64,000 nt of DNA. Origin: Octopus bimaculoides. Lineage: Eukaryota. The DNA lies in assembly GCF_001194135.2 (NCBI RefSeq), contig NC_068985.1, positions 10,567,763 through 10,631,762 on the forward strand, read 5' to 3'. Of the stretch, positions 23,976-37,345 are shown one piece after another; positions within the stretch are counted from its first letter, which is position 1; each line of letters starts with the position of its first letter. A program made the position numbers and the translations under genes. Under the pieces are notes generated by a model. It was not told where the DNA came from. It ran no database searches and saw only the letters and a program-made list of their open reading frames with translations.

Positions 23976-24215
23976 AAATATCAAGGATTTGGTTTAGTAT
24001 CTACAGGTGTGTTCTCTCTCTGTCATCCATCTGTATTGATAAGTAATGGAGTTTGGTGCAAGCCTAGGATGAATGCCTGGATATTTCGTGATGTGTAGGT
24101 GCCAGACAATGTTGAACACTGTAATGGATTCAAAAGTTTCGGAATAGATTTTATGTCGAATAAGGGACTCTTGGCAGTTTTACTTCGAATGTGTCATAAA
24201 TTTTACTACTTTGTA

Positions 24216-24251
<36 letters not shown>

Positions 24252-24477
24252 TGTATGTATGTATGTATATGTAGAAGGTTGAAAAGGAACACACGAGTTG
24301 NNNNNNNNNNNNNNNNNNNNNNNNNNNNNNNNNNNNNNNNNNNNNNNNNNNNNNNNNNNNNNNNNNNNNNNNNNNNNNNNNNNNNNNNNNNNNNNNNNNN
24401 NNNNNNNNNNNNNNNNNNNNNNNNNNNNNNNNNNNNNNNNNNNNNNNNNNNNNNNNNNNNNNNNNNNNNNCTTTGTA

Positions 24478-24513
<36 letters not shown>

Positions 24514-25177
24514 TGTATGTATGTATGTATATGTAGAAGGTTGAAAAGGAACACACGAGTTGATATATATTGACATATATTACGCCGAGGTTGACTTTAC
24601 CCTTCATTCTTTCGGGTTCCATAAAAACAAATACCAATTCAAGAGTTTCTCCTCCAAATTGCTGATCTTTTGTCTATAATAGAATGGGTTATTATCTCAG
24701 CTGCCAAAAATATCAGAGACTGAGTATAGCTAAGGCTCTCCAACAGGTTTGCTTTCCGATCACCTGCATCCCGGCTCGAGTCCAAGTCTTGGCTTGATAA
24801 GGCCGTGTATTATTACCTTATACAGGTTCATAAATTTGTATTTATATGTTATTTCATCATAACGTTTGTAAGCCATTCAAAATTTATAACTGATAAGTAA
24901 ATATTTGGTGTATGCATATCATTATGTGTTGAATGGCTGATTTTTCGCGTGAATATTTTAGAATCATTCAAAAAGAAAACTTATTTTCATTTATTAAACT
25001 CATTTATGTAACAACGTTAAATTTATTATTTTACATATTGCTTGCTAAAATAATCAATTTGATAAATTAATGGCTTCACACAGACAAAGTAAATATATTA
25101 TTACGTTCGGTATTTAAATGCATCACAACGCACATGCGCGTGTATAGATACAAAACTGTGTTTGCAGATGCCTGTAT

Positions 25178-25239
<62 letters not shown>

Positions 25240-25974
25240 ACACACATACATATANNNNNNNNNNNNNNNNNNNNNNNNNNNNNNNNNNNNNNNNNNNNNN
25301 NNNNNNNNNNNNNNNNNNNNNNNNNNNNNNNNNNNNNNNNNNNNNNNNNNNNNNNNNNNNNNNNNNNNNNNNNNNNNNNNNNNNNNNNNNNNNNNNNNNN
25401 ATATATATATACATATCTTGATTGTCAACTTAACGTGGAGGGTGTGTTAAAACACTATTATTTTATATGTATGTATGCATATATGCATGTATGTATGTAT
25501 GTATGTATGTATGTATGCATGCATAACGCATGTGTTTGTATAGTGATAAATATATAGAGGAAGAAAGATCGATTGATAAATACATACATACACCCCCACA
25601 CCACCACAGAGAGAAATATATGTGTGTGCGTGCGAGTGTGTATGTGTGCTTGTGAGTGTCTGTTTTCTAATTAATGCCGAAATTATGTTTGCATACAGGA
25701 TGAGATATTTCACTTCAAATCCATTCATTTAAATATTTGGAGCTTCTGTTCATTATAAATTTAATTTCATATCTACTTATCCAATAATATACTGTTTACA
25801 AGTGAAATTTTGTTGCAATAAATAAAATTTAGAAGCAAAATAGCAACAAAAAACTTACATGTGACCGGAAATCTCTGGTTATTTAGATACTATAAATATC
25901 AGAATAAAACACTGAATTTCTCAAAAGAATTATCACAACGCAATATTTCGAGGCTACTTTTTACAAAACAGCTT

Positions 25975-26352
25975 GTTGGCACTCCGTCGCTTACGAGGTC
26001 GAGGGTTCCATTTGATCTGATCAACGGAACAGCCTGCTCGTAAAATTAACGTGCAAGTGGCTGAGCACTCCAGACACGTGTACCCTTAACGTAGTTCTCG
26101 GGGATATTCAGCGTGACACAGTGTGACAAGGCTGACCCTTTGAATTACTGGCACAACAGAAATAGGAAGAAAGAGTGAGAGAAAGTTGTGGTGGAAGAGT
26201 ATAGCAGGGTTCGCCACCACCCCGTGCCGAAGCCTCGTGGAACTTTAAGTGTTTCCGCTCAATAAACACTCACAACGCCCGGTCTGGGAATCGAAACCGC
26301 GATCCTATGACTGCGAGTGCGCTGCCCTAACCACTGGGCCATTGCGCCTCCA
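25975..26352 (-). mobile_element. SINE family B, full length
   Basis: gttggcactccgtcgcttacgagg...ccctaaccactgggccattgcgcctcc. Confidence 0.92.
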
Positions 26353-26543
26353 CACAAAACAGCACCATGACATTTAGATCAGTTTAAATATGCTTGGGAC
26401 ATATTTGAATTGTATAAAGGCCGTATTCACTGTTGTTTGCCAGTGAGAACACTTCATATTTTTGGCAATAGATGCCTTTCTAGGAGGAACGATGAATGCA
26501 TTTCTAGCTTCTCAACAAAGGCAGTTCTGAATTGCGTTTAGAA

Positions 26544-26590
<47 letters not shown>

Positions 26591-26762
26591 TTTATATAAA
26601 TAAGCTAGATCTCTGTATTTTCACAGTTATATTTGACAAGTTCGAAAGACAAACGAAAGCGCTAATATATGTATAAAATAAAGGAAAGAAGTTATTCCAA
26701 AATTCTGACGACTTTTTTTCAATATTTACTTCTGTACATCACACCTAACACACACTCTCTCA

Positions 26763-26795
<33 letters not shown>

Positions 26796-26855
26796 TCTCT
26801 CCACACACATATATATATTCAGTCAAATGGCTGAAACAAGTAAAAGAGTAAAAGA

Positions 26856-26887
<32 letters not shown>

Positions 26888-27420
26888 NNNNNNNNNNNNN
26901 NNNNNNNNNNNNNNNNNNNNNNNNNNNNNNNNNNNNNNNNNNNNNNNNNNNNNNNNNNNNNNNNNNNNNNNNNNNNNNNNNNNNNNNNNNNNNNNNNNNN
27001 NNNNNNNNNNNNNNNNNNNNNNNNNNNNNNNNNNNNNNNNNNNNNNNNNNNNNNNNNNNNNNNNNNNNNNNNNNNNNNNNNNNNNNNNNNNNNNNNNNNN
27101 NNNNNNNNNNNNNNNNNNNNNNNNNNNNNNNNNNNNNNNNNNNNNNNNNNNNNNNNNNNNNNNNNNNNNNNNNNNNNNNNNNNNNNNNNNNNNNNNNNNN
27201 NNNNNNNNNNNNNNNNNNNNNNNNNNNNNNNNNNNNNNNNNNNNNNNNNNNNNNNNNNNNNNNNNNNNNNNNNNNNNNNNNNNNNNNNNNNNNNNNNNNN
27301 NNNNNNNNNNNNNNNNNNNNNNNNNNNNNNNNNNNNNNNNNNNNNNNNNNNNNNNNNNNNNNNNNNNNNNNNNNNNNNNNNNNNNNNNNNNNNNNNNNNN
27401 NNNGATAGAAGAAATACACA

Positions 27421-27462
<42 letters not shown>

Positions 27463-28569
27463 AATCGACAACCAGCATGAGTTCATCACAGGCGACGACT
27501 GCCCCAGTTTCCTAACTTTTTGCACAAAATCAGCTACTTTAAAGGGAGGGGTTTAGTTGATGCCATCGACCATACTGCGTGATTGGTACTTTATGATATC
27601 GTTCCCTAAGAATCGAAAGATAAAGATCGTCTCAGCAAGATTTGCACTCAGTAGAACGTAGAGAGCCTGATGAATAACACAACGCACTTTTTCTGCGATC
27701 TGTCAAATCTTGCACTTTATAATATTGTTTTCTGATTTAGTCACCAGGCCAGCAATTTTTAGAGAACTGGGTTAGCCAACATTATTGATCTCAAAACTAT
27801 ACTCTTATATATTTCTTGCTAGAGAATCAGGCTATCCTTAATGGCTAAAGGCTGCAGGCAGAATGCAAATCTAAAGCCAGGATATAACACAGCAGTTCTT
27901 ATCTTATCACTATGGGTGAGTTCAGGATCCTGTTTACTTCTAATTGAAAAACACAATCACCATAGGCACTTCAGACCTGACAATCCAATACCAAAAACAA
28001 CATTATACCATTTGTCACTTCAACGTAAAGACAATAGGAAATGATTTGAGAGAATTTCATTCATAATTGTAGCAAGTTTAGGAACAATGTAGAAGCTCCA
28101 GGTTGCTCAATATTATGTCTGGTTAGGTTTAAAGCAGTGAGTTACAGTTAAAGCCTAATACATAATACGTTCAGGTGTTTCTTCCAGCTGTTTTTGTTCT
28201 ATGTTCAAAAGCATGGTGACTTACTTTGCAATGCATGCTTTCATGAGCGATCAATACAGTGCAGACTAAGCAAGACAAATTGAGCTCATTTATTAGAGTG
28301 ACTGACAAGATGTGTGTGATATCGGTTTCGCTGTCGTTGCGTTCTGATAGCAACGGCTTCGAGGGCAATGGTTAGTAACACCTCTAACCTTTCATTCGGA
28401 TATCGTCACTGACGCAACATCAGATATGCATGCAAACGTAACTACTGACGTAGAAAATGGCACCTTGTCAATGAGTAACATCCAAGTGTAGAACTATCAT
28501 TGAATAGGACATGCAGAGTTACTGAATTTGTTCAATGTATCGATCTTTTAAATGGCAACTTTTATTATA

Positions 28570-28745
28570 TTAGTTTCAAATTTTGGCAAAAATTTTGGTC
28601 AGCAAGTTCGGTTAAAAGGGAATGCGAAAGAACGAAAGGCAAAGTCGACCCCGGTGGAATTTGAACTTACAATGCAACGACTGACGAAATTTCACTTAAC
28701 ATTTTGCTCCGCGTGATTACGATCGTGCCAACTCACTAAGTTGGT
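28570..28745 (-). mobile_element. SINE family C (further degraded copies at about 27530-27800)
   Basis: gaaaggcaaagtcgaccccggtggaatttgaactta motif. Confidence 0.7.
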
Positions 28746-28843
28746 AGTTTTTATAACGTTTGTTTGCGATGTTGTTCATTGCTGAGTTACACTTCGGTGG
28801 ATGCATCTAGAAGTGTCGTTGAATTTTATTTCTGACGATAGTA

Positions 28844-29071
28844 TTGGGTTGTCCGGAAAGTTCGTGCCGATTTTTGAAGGAAAGAAAAAGGTCAATAAAT
28901 ACTTGCCATTACATTTTTAATCAACCAAATATGAACCATCTTGTTGCACAATGCGTCTCCATCTTTCCTTTAACTTGAAAATACCCTCATCCCAGAATCG
29001 AGGTGGTTTCATGGCAAACAAGTCGAAAGGAAAGCTACTATAAATCGGCAAGAACTTTGCGGACAACCCAA
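28844..29071 (-). mobile_element. 228-bp non-autonomous mariner deletion derivative with both TIRs
   Basis: TIRs ttgggttgtccggaaagttcgtgccgattt / aaatcggcaagaactttgcggacaacccaa, TA on both sides. The minus strand retains the transposase C-terminus MKPPRFWDEGIFKLKERWRRIVQQDGSYLVD*. Confidence 0.93.
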
Positions 29072-29490
29072 TAGAACAGATCACGTTTGGAAAATAAACA
29101 CCCGGATGTCATCTGGATCTGGGTTGAGGCAGAGTATCAAAGACATCATTATAACTGTTCATAAAACGATATTTTTTTGAGGCATCAATACCTGCCGATC
29201 TTACTCTACCTGAGAAATTATTTCATGACTGCTACGCATTTCAAAGTTTTAAAAAATCTATCCCATTTTTCCCCAACCTGCAAACATACAAATTCCCACA
29301 AATTGTTCTTCGAATTTGCTACCTCTTAAAAAGGAGCATTATTGTTCCTTATATTGGTATGCTCCCAGATTGCTGTATACTAAATCACTCAAACACAACA
29401 GAATATAATCCTGAAAGTTACGTATTTCAAAGGTTGTCATCACATTAACGTGAAATTGTGTCTCAATCAGATAATGAACTGCATTAATTG

Positions 29491-29649
29491 GACGGGGTGG
29501 GTGTGTGGTAAGAAGCTTGCTTCCCAACTATATGGTTGCAGGTTCACTTCCACTGCGTGGGAAGTTGGTCAGACGTCCTCTATTATAGCATCGGTCCAAC
29601 TAAAGCCTTGTGAGTCGATTTTGTAGGCGGAAACTGAAAGAAGCCCGTC

Positions 29650-29693
<44 letters not shown>

Positions 29694-29800
29694 TTTGTGT
29701 TTTCCCACCACCACCACCATTTGACAACTGGTATTTACATCCCCGTAACTTAGCGTTTCGGCAAACGAGACTGGCAGAATAAGTACCAGGACCTGAAAAA
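29491..29800 (+). mobile_element. SINE family A, 3'-truncated
   Basis: gtgtggtaagaagcttgcttcccaac...gaaactgaaagaagcccgtcg(TA)n...ccccgtaacttagcg. Confidence 0.8.
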
Positions 29801-30039
29801 AAATGTTGTGGTAATAACAAACAAGATGAGGACACGTATCCGTTCAATGTAAATAATGTATGGCATTCTACATCTCTAAAATATAGAAGAGAATAAAAGT
29901 TTCAAGTGTAGGAAACTGTTATATCCGTGCGTAATAACTTCTCATACATTCTATCATTTTAATTTTGAATACAGTGAGTGGATTAGATTTTTTTATTTGG
30001 TTGTTTTACTGAAATTGCTAAATTATTCAGTGCTAAATA

Positions 30040-30256
30040 TTAGCTTCAAATTTTGGCACAAGGCCAGAAGTTTTAGAAGAGGGGTTAAGTCGGTTATATC
30101 AACCCCAGTGTTCAACTGGTACTAATTTTGTCGAATCCGAAAGAACGAAAGGCAAAGCCGATTCCAGTAGCGTTTGATCTTAGAACGTAAAGAGTCAACA
30201 AAACGCCGCTTAGCATTTTGTTCGACGCGCTATCGATTTTGCTTGGTCACCGCCTT
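30040..30256 (-). mobile_element. SINE family C
   Basis: ttcaaattttggcacaaggccag...gaaaggcaaagccga...ggtcaccgcctt. Confidence 0.8.
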
Positions 30257-30915
30257 TGAAGGACCATGGTGACTGCTATTTATTAAATACCAAATTAAAG
30301 TAACTTTGTTGCATTCTAGCAAAATCAGGAGAAATATTTATGTAAATAAAGATAAGAAACCAGCTCATAGACCTGTTTTGCTGGGCGGTCAAAAGCATAA
30401 CACGAATTGGCCAAATATGCATCATATGTTGACGATCAATACACTTCCGTTTGCTAATATTATGAAAACTATGCATTTATTCTTTTTAGATTACTTAATA
30501 AATATCTTAGCAACGCGTCGCTTTTAAAAAGAACAAATTTTCCCCTTGGCTGGTGATTTATTGCATGTCAAAAATGTATAACAATATGTCATAAGTTTTA
30601 GTGAGTTCTAAATGAATTATACTCCTATTTTTAGTTATAATTTTTGAAGACGGCAACAGCAAATATAGTTTCAAGTAAAATTTATAACAAGACTTTTGCT
30701 TATCAATTACAACTCAACGATACATTGGTAAATGATAACAAACACACACAGGCATTCGCTGCACTAACAAAATGGTTTTTTCTGTGGTTTTATATTACAA
30801 TCTGCAAAACCCACTCCACATATATATGTACTTACGTACTTACGTGTGTGTGTGTATGCATTCGTGTCTACGGCTTTGTTTCATTGAACCGTCATTTGTC
30901 GTTCACTACGAGAGA

Positions 30916-30990
<75 letters not shown>

Positions 30991-30999
30991 GGGGGGTGG

Positions 31000-31172
31000 G
31001 TCACAAAAACAGAGCAAAACAAACGACGAAGACAGGTGGTGTAGACAACAAACAGATGTATTAGTATAACGCTCGGGAAGTGAAAAAGTCTTTAACGTTT
31101 CGAGCCTACACTCTTCCACAGAAAGGAACACAGAAAGAAACAAGGAGGGAAAAAAAGTAGATTAGTGGCTAG
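31000..31172 (-). mobile_element. Penelope-like repeat with the best-preserved type I minimal hammerhead motif
   Basis: Minus strand 31125-31090 reads CUUU CUGUGGA A GAGU GUAG GCUC GAAAC GU U AAAG. Confidence 0.7.
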
Positions 31173-31430
31173 CGAGGCGCATGGCTTAGTGGTTAGGGTG
31201 TTGCGTTTGTTCTTGAGTAAAGCACTTCATTTCACGCTGCTCTCCGACCATTTCGTATGCCCGACATGTGGCGCATGGTGCACATGTACAGGTAATGTCG
31301 ATTTGATAGAGGGAGAGAGCTAATGTCTACACAAATATTTGATTACTATAAACAAATCATCTGTGTGGTTGTTCGGTAACAAATTGCCGAAACCTCATAC
31401 GTCGGCTAACGACGGGAGTCTATGATATAT
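31173..31430 (+). mobile_element. tRNA-derived SINE related to family B in the head, with a different body
   Basis: Head gaggcgcatggcttagtggttagggtgtt; 3' end cctcatacgtcggctaacgacgggagtc loosely similar to the family B tail. Confidence 0.55.
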
Positions 31431-32442
31431 GTATATACGGGAGAGTCTATATGTATATATATATAATTTGAAGAAAAGCAACAAAAATTCATTAGGTTAT
31501 AGCAGTACGTACGTTTGGTACAAACTTCATTTATTTATGTAGTGAGAACACGACATAAGATGTGCAATGAAAATGTATTCCTCAGCTGCATAATGGAAGT
31601 TCATTTCAGAAAGTCATTTTGTAGATGTGTGCAAATATTTGCACGCATATGCACATATGCTAGTCTTCTTCTGTCATGCATTATACTTCACACATATCGA
31701 TTGGGCCGAGTCGTTGTCAAAGCAAGAAATGAAATAAAGACGATTCTACATATGAAGCTCACCCTATCTACATATGTAGTGCTACAGTCAGTGGTCAGAC
31801 GTATCCTGAAACATGTAGAAACCAAGACATGTTTGCAGCATATTTAAGCGTAACGTATTTGAATTATCGTTATTCAGTTAGTAATGCAATATGGTGTGTC
31901 TGTCATTTGCCTAATATTTATGGCCAGTTGTGCTATAAAAAAGAGTCGCGCTGCTCTTTGATTTTGATATACAATATTGACGTACGAAAATAAAGCAACA
32001 ATAATGGATTTCAGGTTTTGACATCTGCAACGTTGTGAGTTCAAATTACAAGGGCGTACATTTTGGCTTCTGTTTTCAGCTCGATAAAAAGATTACGAGC
32101 ATTTGCTGTTTGTTTGAAAGCATGTCGAGTGGGTCATTTTTGAGTGCATCTAATTAGCTAGAAAGTATTGAAATATACTTCCCTATTTGTATTTAATCAA
32201 TGATTTCTATCATCGATCAAAGCTATCAGGATACATGACAAGCAATTATTTTTCTCTATCGCAAGGAATAAACGTCCTATTTGACTCAAGAAAGATATTA
32301 GTTCAAATCAAAAATAAACATGATTAACAACAACAAATCGTCGTTTCCAATATTCTAAGAATCCTACCACACACCATTCTTCGTGGTTACATCTATTAAG
32401 TATTTAACCTGAAACAGAAGTTAGATTTGCCTTAAGACTAAG

Positions 32443-32760
32443 CAGCACTCCGTCGCTTACGACGTCGAGGCTTCCAGCTGATACGATTAACGGAACAGAT
32501 TGCTCGTGAAATTAACGTGCAAGTGACTGAGCATTCCACAGACACGTGTACCCTTAAGGTAGTTTCTCAGGGAGATTCAGGGTGACAGAGTGTGACAAGG
32601 CTGGCCTTTTGAAATATAGGTACTACTAATTTTTGACAGCTGAGTAGACTAAAGCAACGTGAAATAAAGTGTTTTGCTCAAGGACACAACGCATCGACGG
32701 GAATTGAACCCACGACCTTACGATCTTGAGCGGAATGCCTTAACCACTAAGCCACGCTCC
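32443..32760 (-). mobile_element. SINE family B variant
   Basis: The tail gcactccgtcgcttacgacgtcgagg...gtgacaaggctggcc matches family B; the head ...ccttaaccactaagccacgc is tRNA-like. Confidence 0.85.
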
Positions 32761-33082
32761 TTCTTTAAGACAATGATGGGGGCAATGAATGGTATCATAA
32801 TTTCAGTAGGTTTGAAAAGAAATTATTTAAGACAGACCAAATTGTTGTCCGTTGTTAGCTGCGAGCATTACAGCATTTGCATGGAGATTGCAATATTGTA
32901 TGAGGCATCTCAGAAAGGTTATCGATTATCCCAGTGAGGATAGAGAGTTGCCGAAAGAGATTACATCACAGTATTCTGTCCGTGGTTGGAATAAATAAAA
33001 AGAAAGTGAGCTATTTACGACTGAGAAGTGTTACAGTATCAATTCAATTTGACTTCGCACATTGTACCTGCTGAAATCCATG

Positions 33083-33121
<39 letters not shown>

Positions 33122-33137
33122 NNNNNNNNNNNNNNNN

Positions 33138-33192
<55 letters not shown>

Positions 33193-33354
33193 CTGCGTAA
33201 GCGCACATAAATGTGTGTGTGTGTGTGTGTGTATGTACATGTCTTTGTTCCGACCCTCTTTACCTTCTGTTGAAATCTACAGACGTAATTACCATCTATA
33301 CATGACGAATAAATTAAGTAAAGACCGAGGACGCTTGATCGACGGATTTATTGA

Positions 33355-33553
33355 TGTTTCTGGCCGAGACAGGTAAAGGGATTAAATTAATTTCATCAAC
33401 CCCAGTGCGTAAGTGGTATTTATTTAATCGACCCCGAAAGGATTAAAAGCAAAATCGACCCAGGCGGAATTTGAACTCAGAAAGTAACGGCAGACAAAAT
33501 ACCGATAAACATCTCGCCCGGCGTGCTAACATTTCTGCCAGATCGCCACCTTA
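33355..33553 (-). mobile_element. SINE family C
   Basis: ccccagtgcgtaagtggtatttatttaatcgaccccgaaagg...ggcggaatttgaactcag...ttctgccagatcgccacctt. Confidence 0.88.
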
Positions 33554-34242
33554 GAAGCGGGAAGATATTATGAAGTTTTTGTCTGTATCGATATATGCAT
33601 GTCCAGTTTTTGATTTATTAACTCTACGATCTACCCATTCAATTAGGATACAAAATGATTCCGTACCCACAATCACGTGTACCCTGAACAAAATGCTCGC
33701 TGGGAATCACCGTAACACCTTGTAACACGCAGTGACACGGTTGAACCCTTGAATGACATGTTTACTTCACCCGACGGGTTTCCTCAGATTTATGAACGCG
33801 GTTTAGTTTGGACCCAAGTCTGACACAGTTGGATCGAACACGTACCTTATGATTACGAAATGAACTTGGTCAACACGCAGCTACCTGCATGATCCACCTC
33901 ATAATTAATCATAAAATGAAATTTGAATGAATGGACATTGTAATTGCGTCTTTGTTTTATATTATTCAGTTCAAACAAATAATCTAAACATTTGTTCTTC
34001 ACTTTTTAACTCCACATATTTTTCCATAAAACATTAAGAGCAACAATTGTGTTTTAAGTGGATCATCTTCCTGTCTTTGTTTTTTTATATGTCTTTGCTT
34101 TATTCAATTTTATTTTTCATGTTTTATTTGTGTATTCTGGAGAGAAGCTATCAATTAACTCAGCATCACAAATTCGACAAACTTTTGTGTGATATTCTTT
34201 TTTTCTTCTTGTTTTTAGTACTTCCTACAGATAGAATATGGA

Positions 34243-34622
34243 AGCGCAAGGGCCTAGTGGTTAGGGCAGCGGACTCGCGGTCGTAGAATCGCAGTTTCGA
34301 TTCCCAGACCCGGTGTTGTTCGCTTTTCTTGAGCGAAAATACCTAAAGCTCCCCGAGGCTCCGGCAGGGGATGGTGGCGAACCCTGCTGTACTCTTTCAC
34401 CACAACTTTCTCTCACTCTTTCTTCCTGTTTCTGCGTGTACCTGTATTTCGTAAGGGCCAGCCTTATCACACTCTGTGTCACGCTGAATCTCTCCAAGAA
34501 CTACGTTAAGGGTATACGTGTCTATGGAGTGCTCAGCCACTTGCACGTTAATTTCACGAGCAGGCTGTTCCGTTGATCTGATCAACTGGAACTCACGTCG
34601 CCGTAACCGACGGAGTGCCAAC
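34243..34622 (+). mobile_element. SINE family B, full length (reference copy)
   Basis: A-box-like gcctagtggtt, B-box gtttcgattcc, and a tail with twin hairpins ending acggagtgccaac. Confidence 0.92.
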
Positions 34623-35952
34623 AGATAGAATAACAGTTAACGCATGCTCAATATAATTTCCATTTATCCACTCCTTATCCACTCCATTACTGACCTGGTC
34701 AACTACAGTTCTTTGTTTTATAATTGCCTTTAGCGTATAGCTTTCAGTAATACTTGCATAAAGTTGGCACGGGTTGCTACTAAATCATGTGTGTGTTTTT
34801 TTTCGTCTTTGCTTCCCTCCTCCATAAATCTGTTTTTACTTTGGCCCCCCCCCCATTGAAATCCGATACAACGTCCTAACATCACATGCAATGTAACCTA
34901 AACCATATCACTATATTTATACCAATCAGATGCCTTTGCATGATTCTTTGAAGAATTGACCTATTGGAAATAGGTTAATTGGATGTCATGTTCAGAACTT
35001 TAAGGAAACATTTAACCCGTTTAAATTTGCTATGTTACAGATAACATAGGTTACGATTGATACAATATTGATAAACAAAGCGAAATATTCTACATTGATT
35101 AGTAACAATTCTCTGAGTCCGAATGTTCAAATTGGGAATAAAATCCTCAACATAGATAAATCATTTGTAAAACAAATGAGAGCGTCGTATTCAAGTCCCC
35201 ATCTCACTCCCGCCATCTCTATCTTTTTACCTCCATCCCTGTCTCTCTCATTTTTTCTCTTTATCTTTCTCTCCCTCTGTCTCTGTTTCCCTTTCTGTCA
35301 ATAAATGACACTTCTCAGATATGCAAATATTTTGTACAGCACACAGCACGAGTTGAAATGTTCTCACTGTTATTTGCAGCCCTACTGTCTTAAGTGCTAA
35401 ACTGCATAATCCTTTGTTTACATAACCTAAATTCTGAGCGAATGACCTGTATACATTGCTTCACTTCACTGCAGTTAGATTTATCTTATCTATTATAGCG
35501 CACAAGTAAATAAATGCAGTATAACAGCTCTATAAATCAAAGTGCTTATCCTGCTCTTGTGAGAGTAGTTTTATTAAGAAATTACTGTACATGTCACCCT
35601 TGTTTCTTAGATTATTTGTTTTGTAACGTTTTAGCACTTGTTATAAGTTACGTAAATACTTTGAATTAGATCGTCTGTTGCTACGTGGAAATGACACTAT
35701 AGTGTGTTTTGTCATTGTATAGCAAACACAACTGGACGAACAAACATCATGCAAGCAGCACCTGTATGCATTATAACATTAAGGCTGCATATATAATGAA
35801 TTTTACTCATTTACCACATAGAATAAAACAAGCGAGTATCTTACACAGTTCTTCTCCCTACGAATTACATGGAAACAATAACACTTAATCCATCGATTGA
35901 TATAATGCGAATATAATAATCACGATAAAAATGCGAGTTGGTCATGGTTTAA

Positions 35953-36000
35953 TTACTATTCGCCATCCATTACTATTCGCCATCCATTACTATTCGCCAT
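35953..36000. repeat. 17-bp tandem repeat, about 2.8 copies
   Basis: (ttactattcgccatcca) x2 plus ttactattcgccat. Confidence 0.9.
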
Positions 36001-36159
36001 GGATGATTTACAACAGAAAGATAACGACAACAACCCAACATATTCTGAATCGAGAGGGCAGTTTGAGAAATGTAAGGTTTGACAAATTTGCAGTAAAGTC
36101 TCAGTGAAGGCTACGAACCAGCAATCGTTCTGTTGATTATTTGATGTAAAGTTGACTAT

Positions 36160-36316
36160 AGGAGCGGCTGTGTGGTAAGCAGATTACTTACCAGCCGCAT
36201 GGTTCTGCGTACAGTCCCACTGCGTGGCACTTTGGGCAAGTGTCTTCTACCATAGCCTCAGGTCGATCAAAGGGTCGTGAGTTGATTTAGTAGACGGAAA
36301 CTGAAAGAAGCCTTTC

Positions 36317-36354
<38 letters not shown>

Positions 36355-36870
36355 NNNNNNNNNNNNNNNNNNNNNNNNNNNNNNNNNNNNNNNNNNNNNN
36401 NNNNNNNNNNNNNNNNNNNNNNNNNNNNNNNNNNNNNNNNNNNNNNNNNNNNNNNNNNNNNNNNNNNNNNNNNNNNNNNNNNNNNNNNNNNNNNNNNNNN
36501 NNNNNNNNNNNNNNNNNNNNNNNNNNNNNNNNNNNNNNNNNNNNNNNNNNNNNNNNNNNNNNNNNNNNNNNNNNNNNNNNNNNNNNNNNNNNNNNNNNNN
36601 NNTGTGTGTGTGTGTGTGTCTGTGTCTGTGTGTGTGTCTGTGTCTGTGTGTGTGTCTGTGTGTCTGTTTATATATGTTTGTGTGTCGCTTGAAAACTGAT
36701 GGTGGTGTGTTTACGTTCCCGCAAGTTAGCGGTTCAGCAAAAGAGACCGATAGAATAAGTACTTGGCTTACAAAGAATAAGTCCTATGGGTAGATTTGCT
36801 CGACTAATGGCGGTGCTCCAGCATGGCCGCAGTCAAATGACTGAAACAAGTAAAAGAATAAAAGAATACG
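36160..36870 (+). mobile_element. SINE family A spanning a gap at the central microsatellite
   Basis: ataggagcggctgtgtggtaag...gaaactgaaagaagcc(TA)n NNN (TG)n...actgaaacaagtaaaagaataaaagaat. Confidence 0.88.
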
Positions 36871-36899
36871 ATAGTGGAAAAACATTGAGGCACAGAAAA

Positions 36900-37075
36900 A
36901 CACGGAGACGTTTATGTGTCTTGGAGTCTGTATTCAAGATTGATGGAAAGTAGGAGGGTTAACTGGAGGCTAGATTTGCCGGTGTTAGTACAATAAAGCG
37001 CTTGTTCCGGCATTAAAGTCTGAGAAGAGAGGTTGGTAAAAAGCCAAAATCGCTTTTTCCAGTTGTGTTATGGTG
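36900..37075 (+). mobile_element. Possible degraded RTE-clade reverse transcriptase fragment
   Basis: Translation with frameshifts ETFMCLGVCIQD..GK...EARF resembles the F.YLG....DG.....I..RI motif. Short and decayed. Confidence 0.35.
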
Positions 37076-37309
37076 CCAAAATGCAAACATCATCATGAAT
37101 GACGGGTAATGAACGACACAAACTACATTTATATATGCGTGCGTGAGTGGGTGTGTGTGTATATGTGTGTGTGCGTGCGCGTTTTATATTAAATTATATA
37201 AATTTATAAATGTATGTATAAGTTTATGTATATCTATATTCTATATGCGTCTGTTGCATGTTCACTAACTTCTTGTGTATTTATGTATATACGTATCATA
37301 CATACATAC

Positions 37310-37345
<36 letters not shown>

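Noticed and set aside
24209-24562. Identical 92-bp sequence on both sides of a gap (24209-24300 and 24471-24562)
   Set aside because: An exact duplicate abutting an N-run is the signature of unmerged overlapping contig ends, i.e. an assembly artefact.
35953-36000. Short direct repeats, considered as a CRISPR-like array
   Set aside because: The units are contiguous with no spacers, in a eukaryotic context with no cas genes; an ordinary minisatellite.
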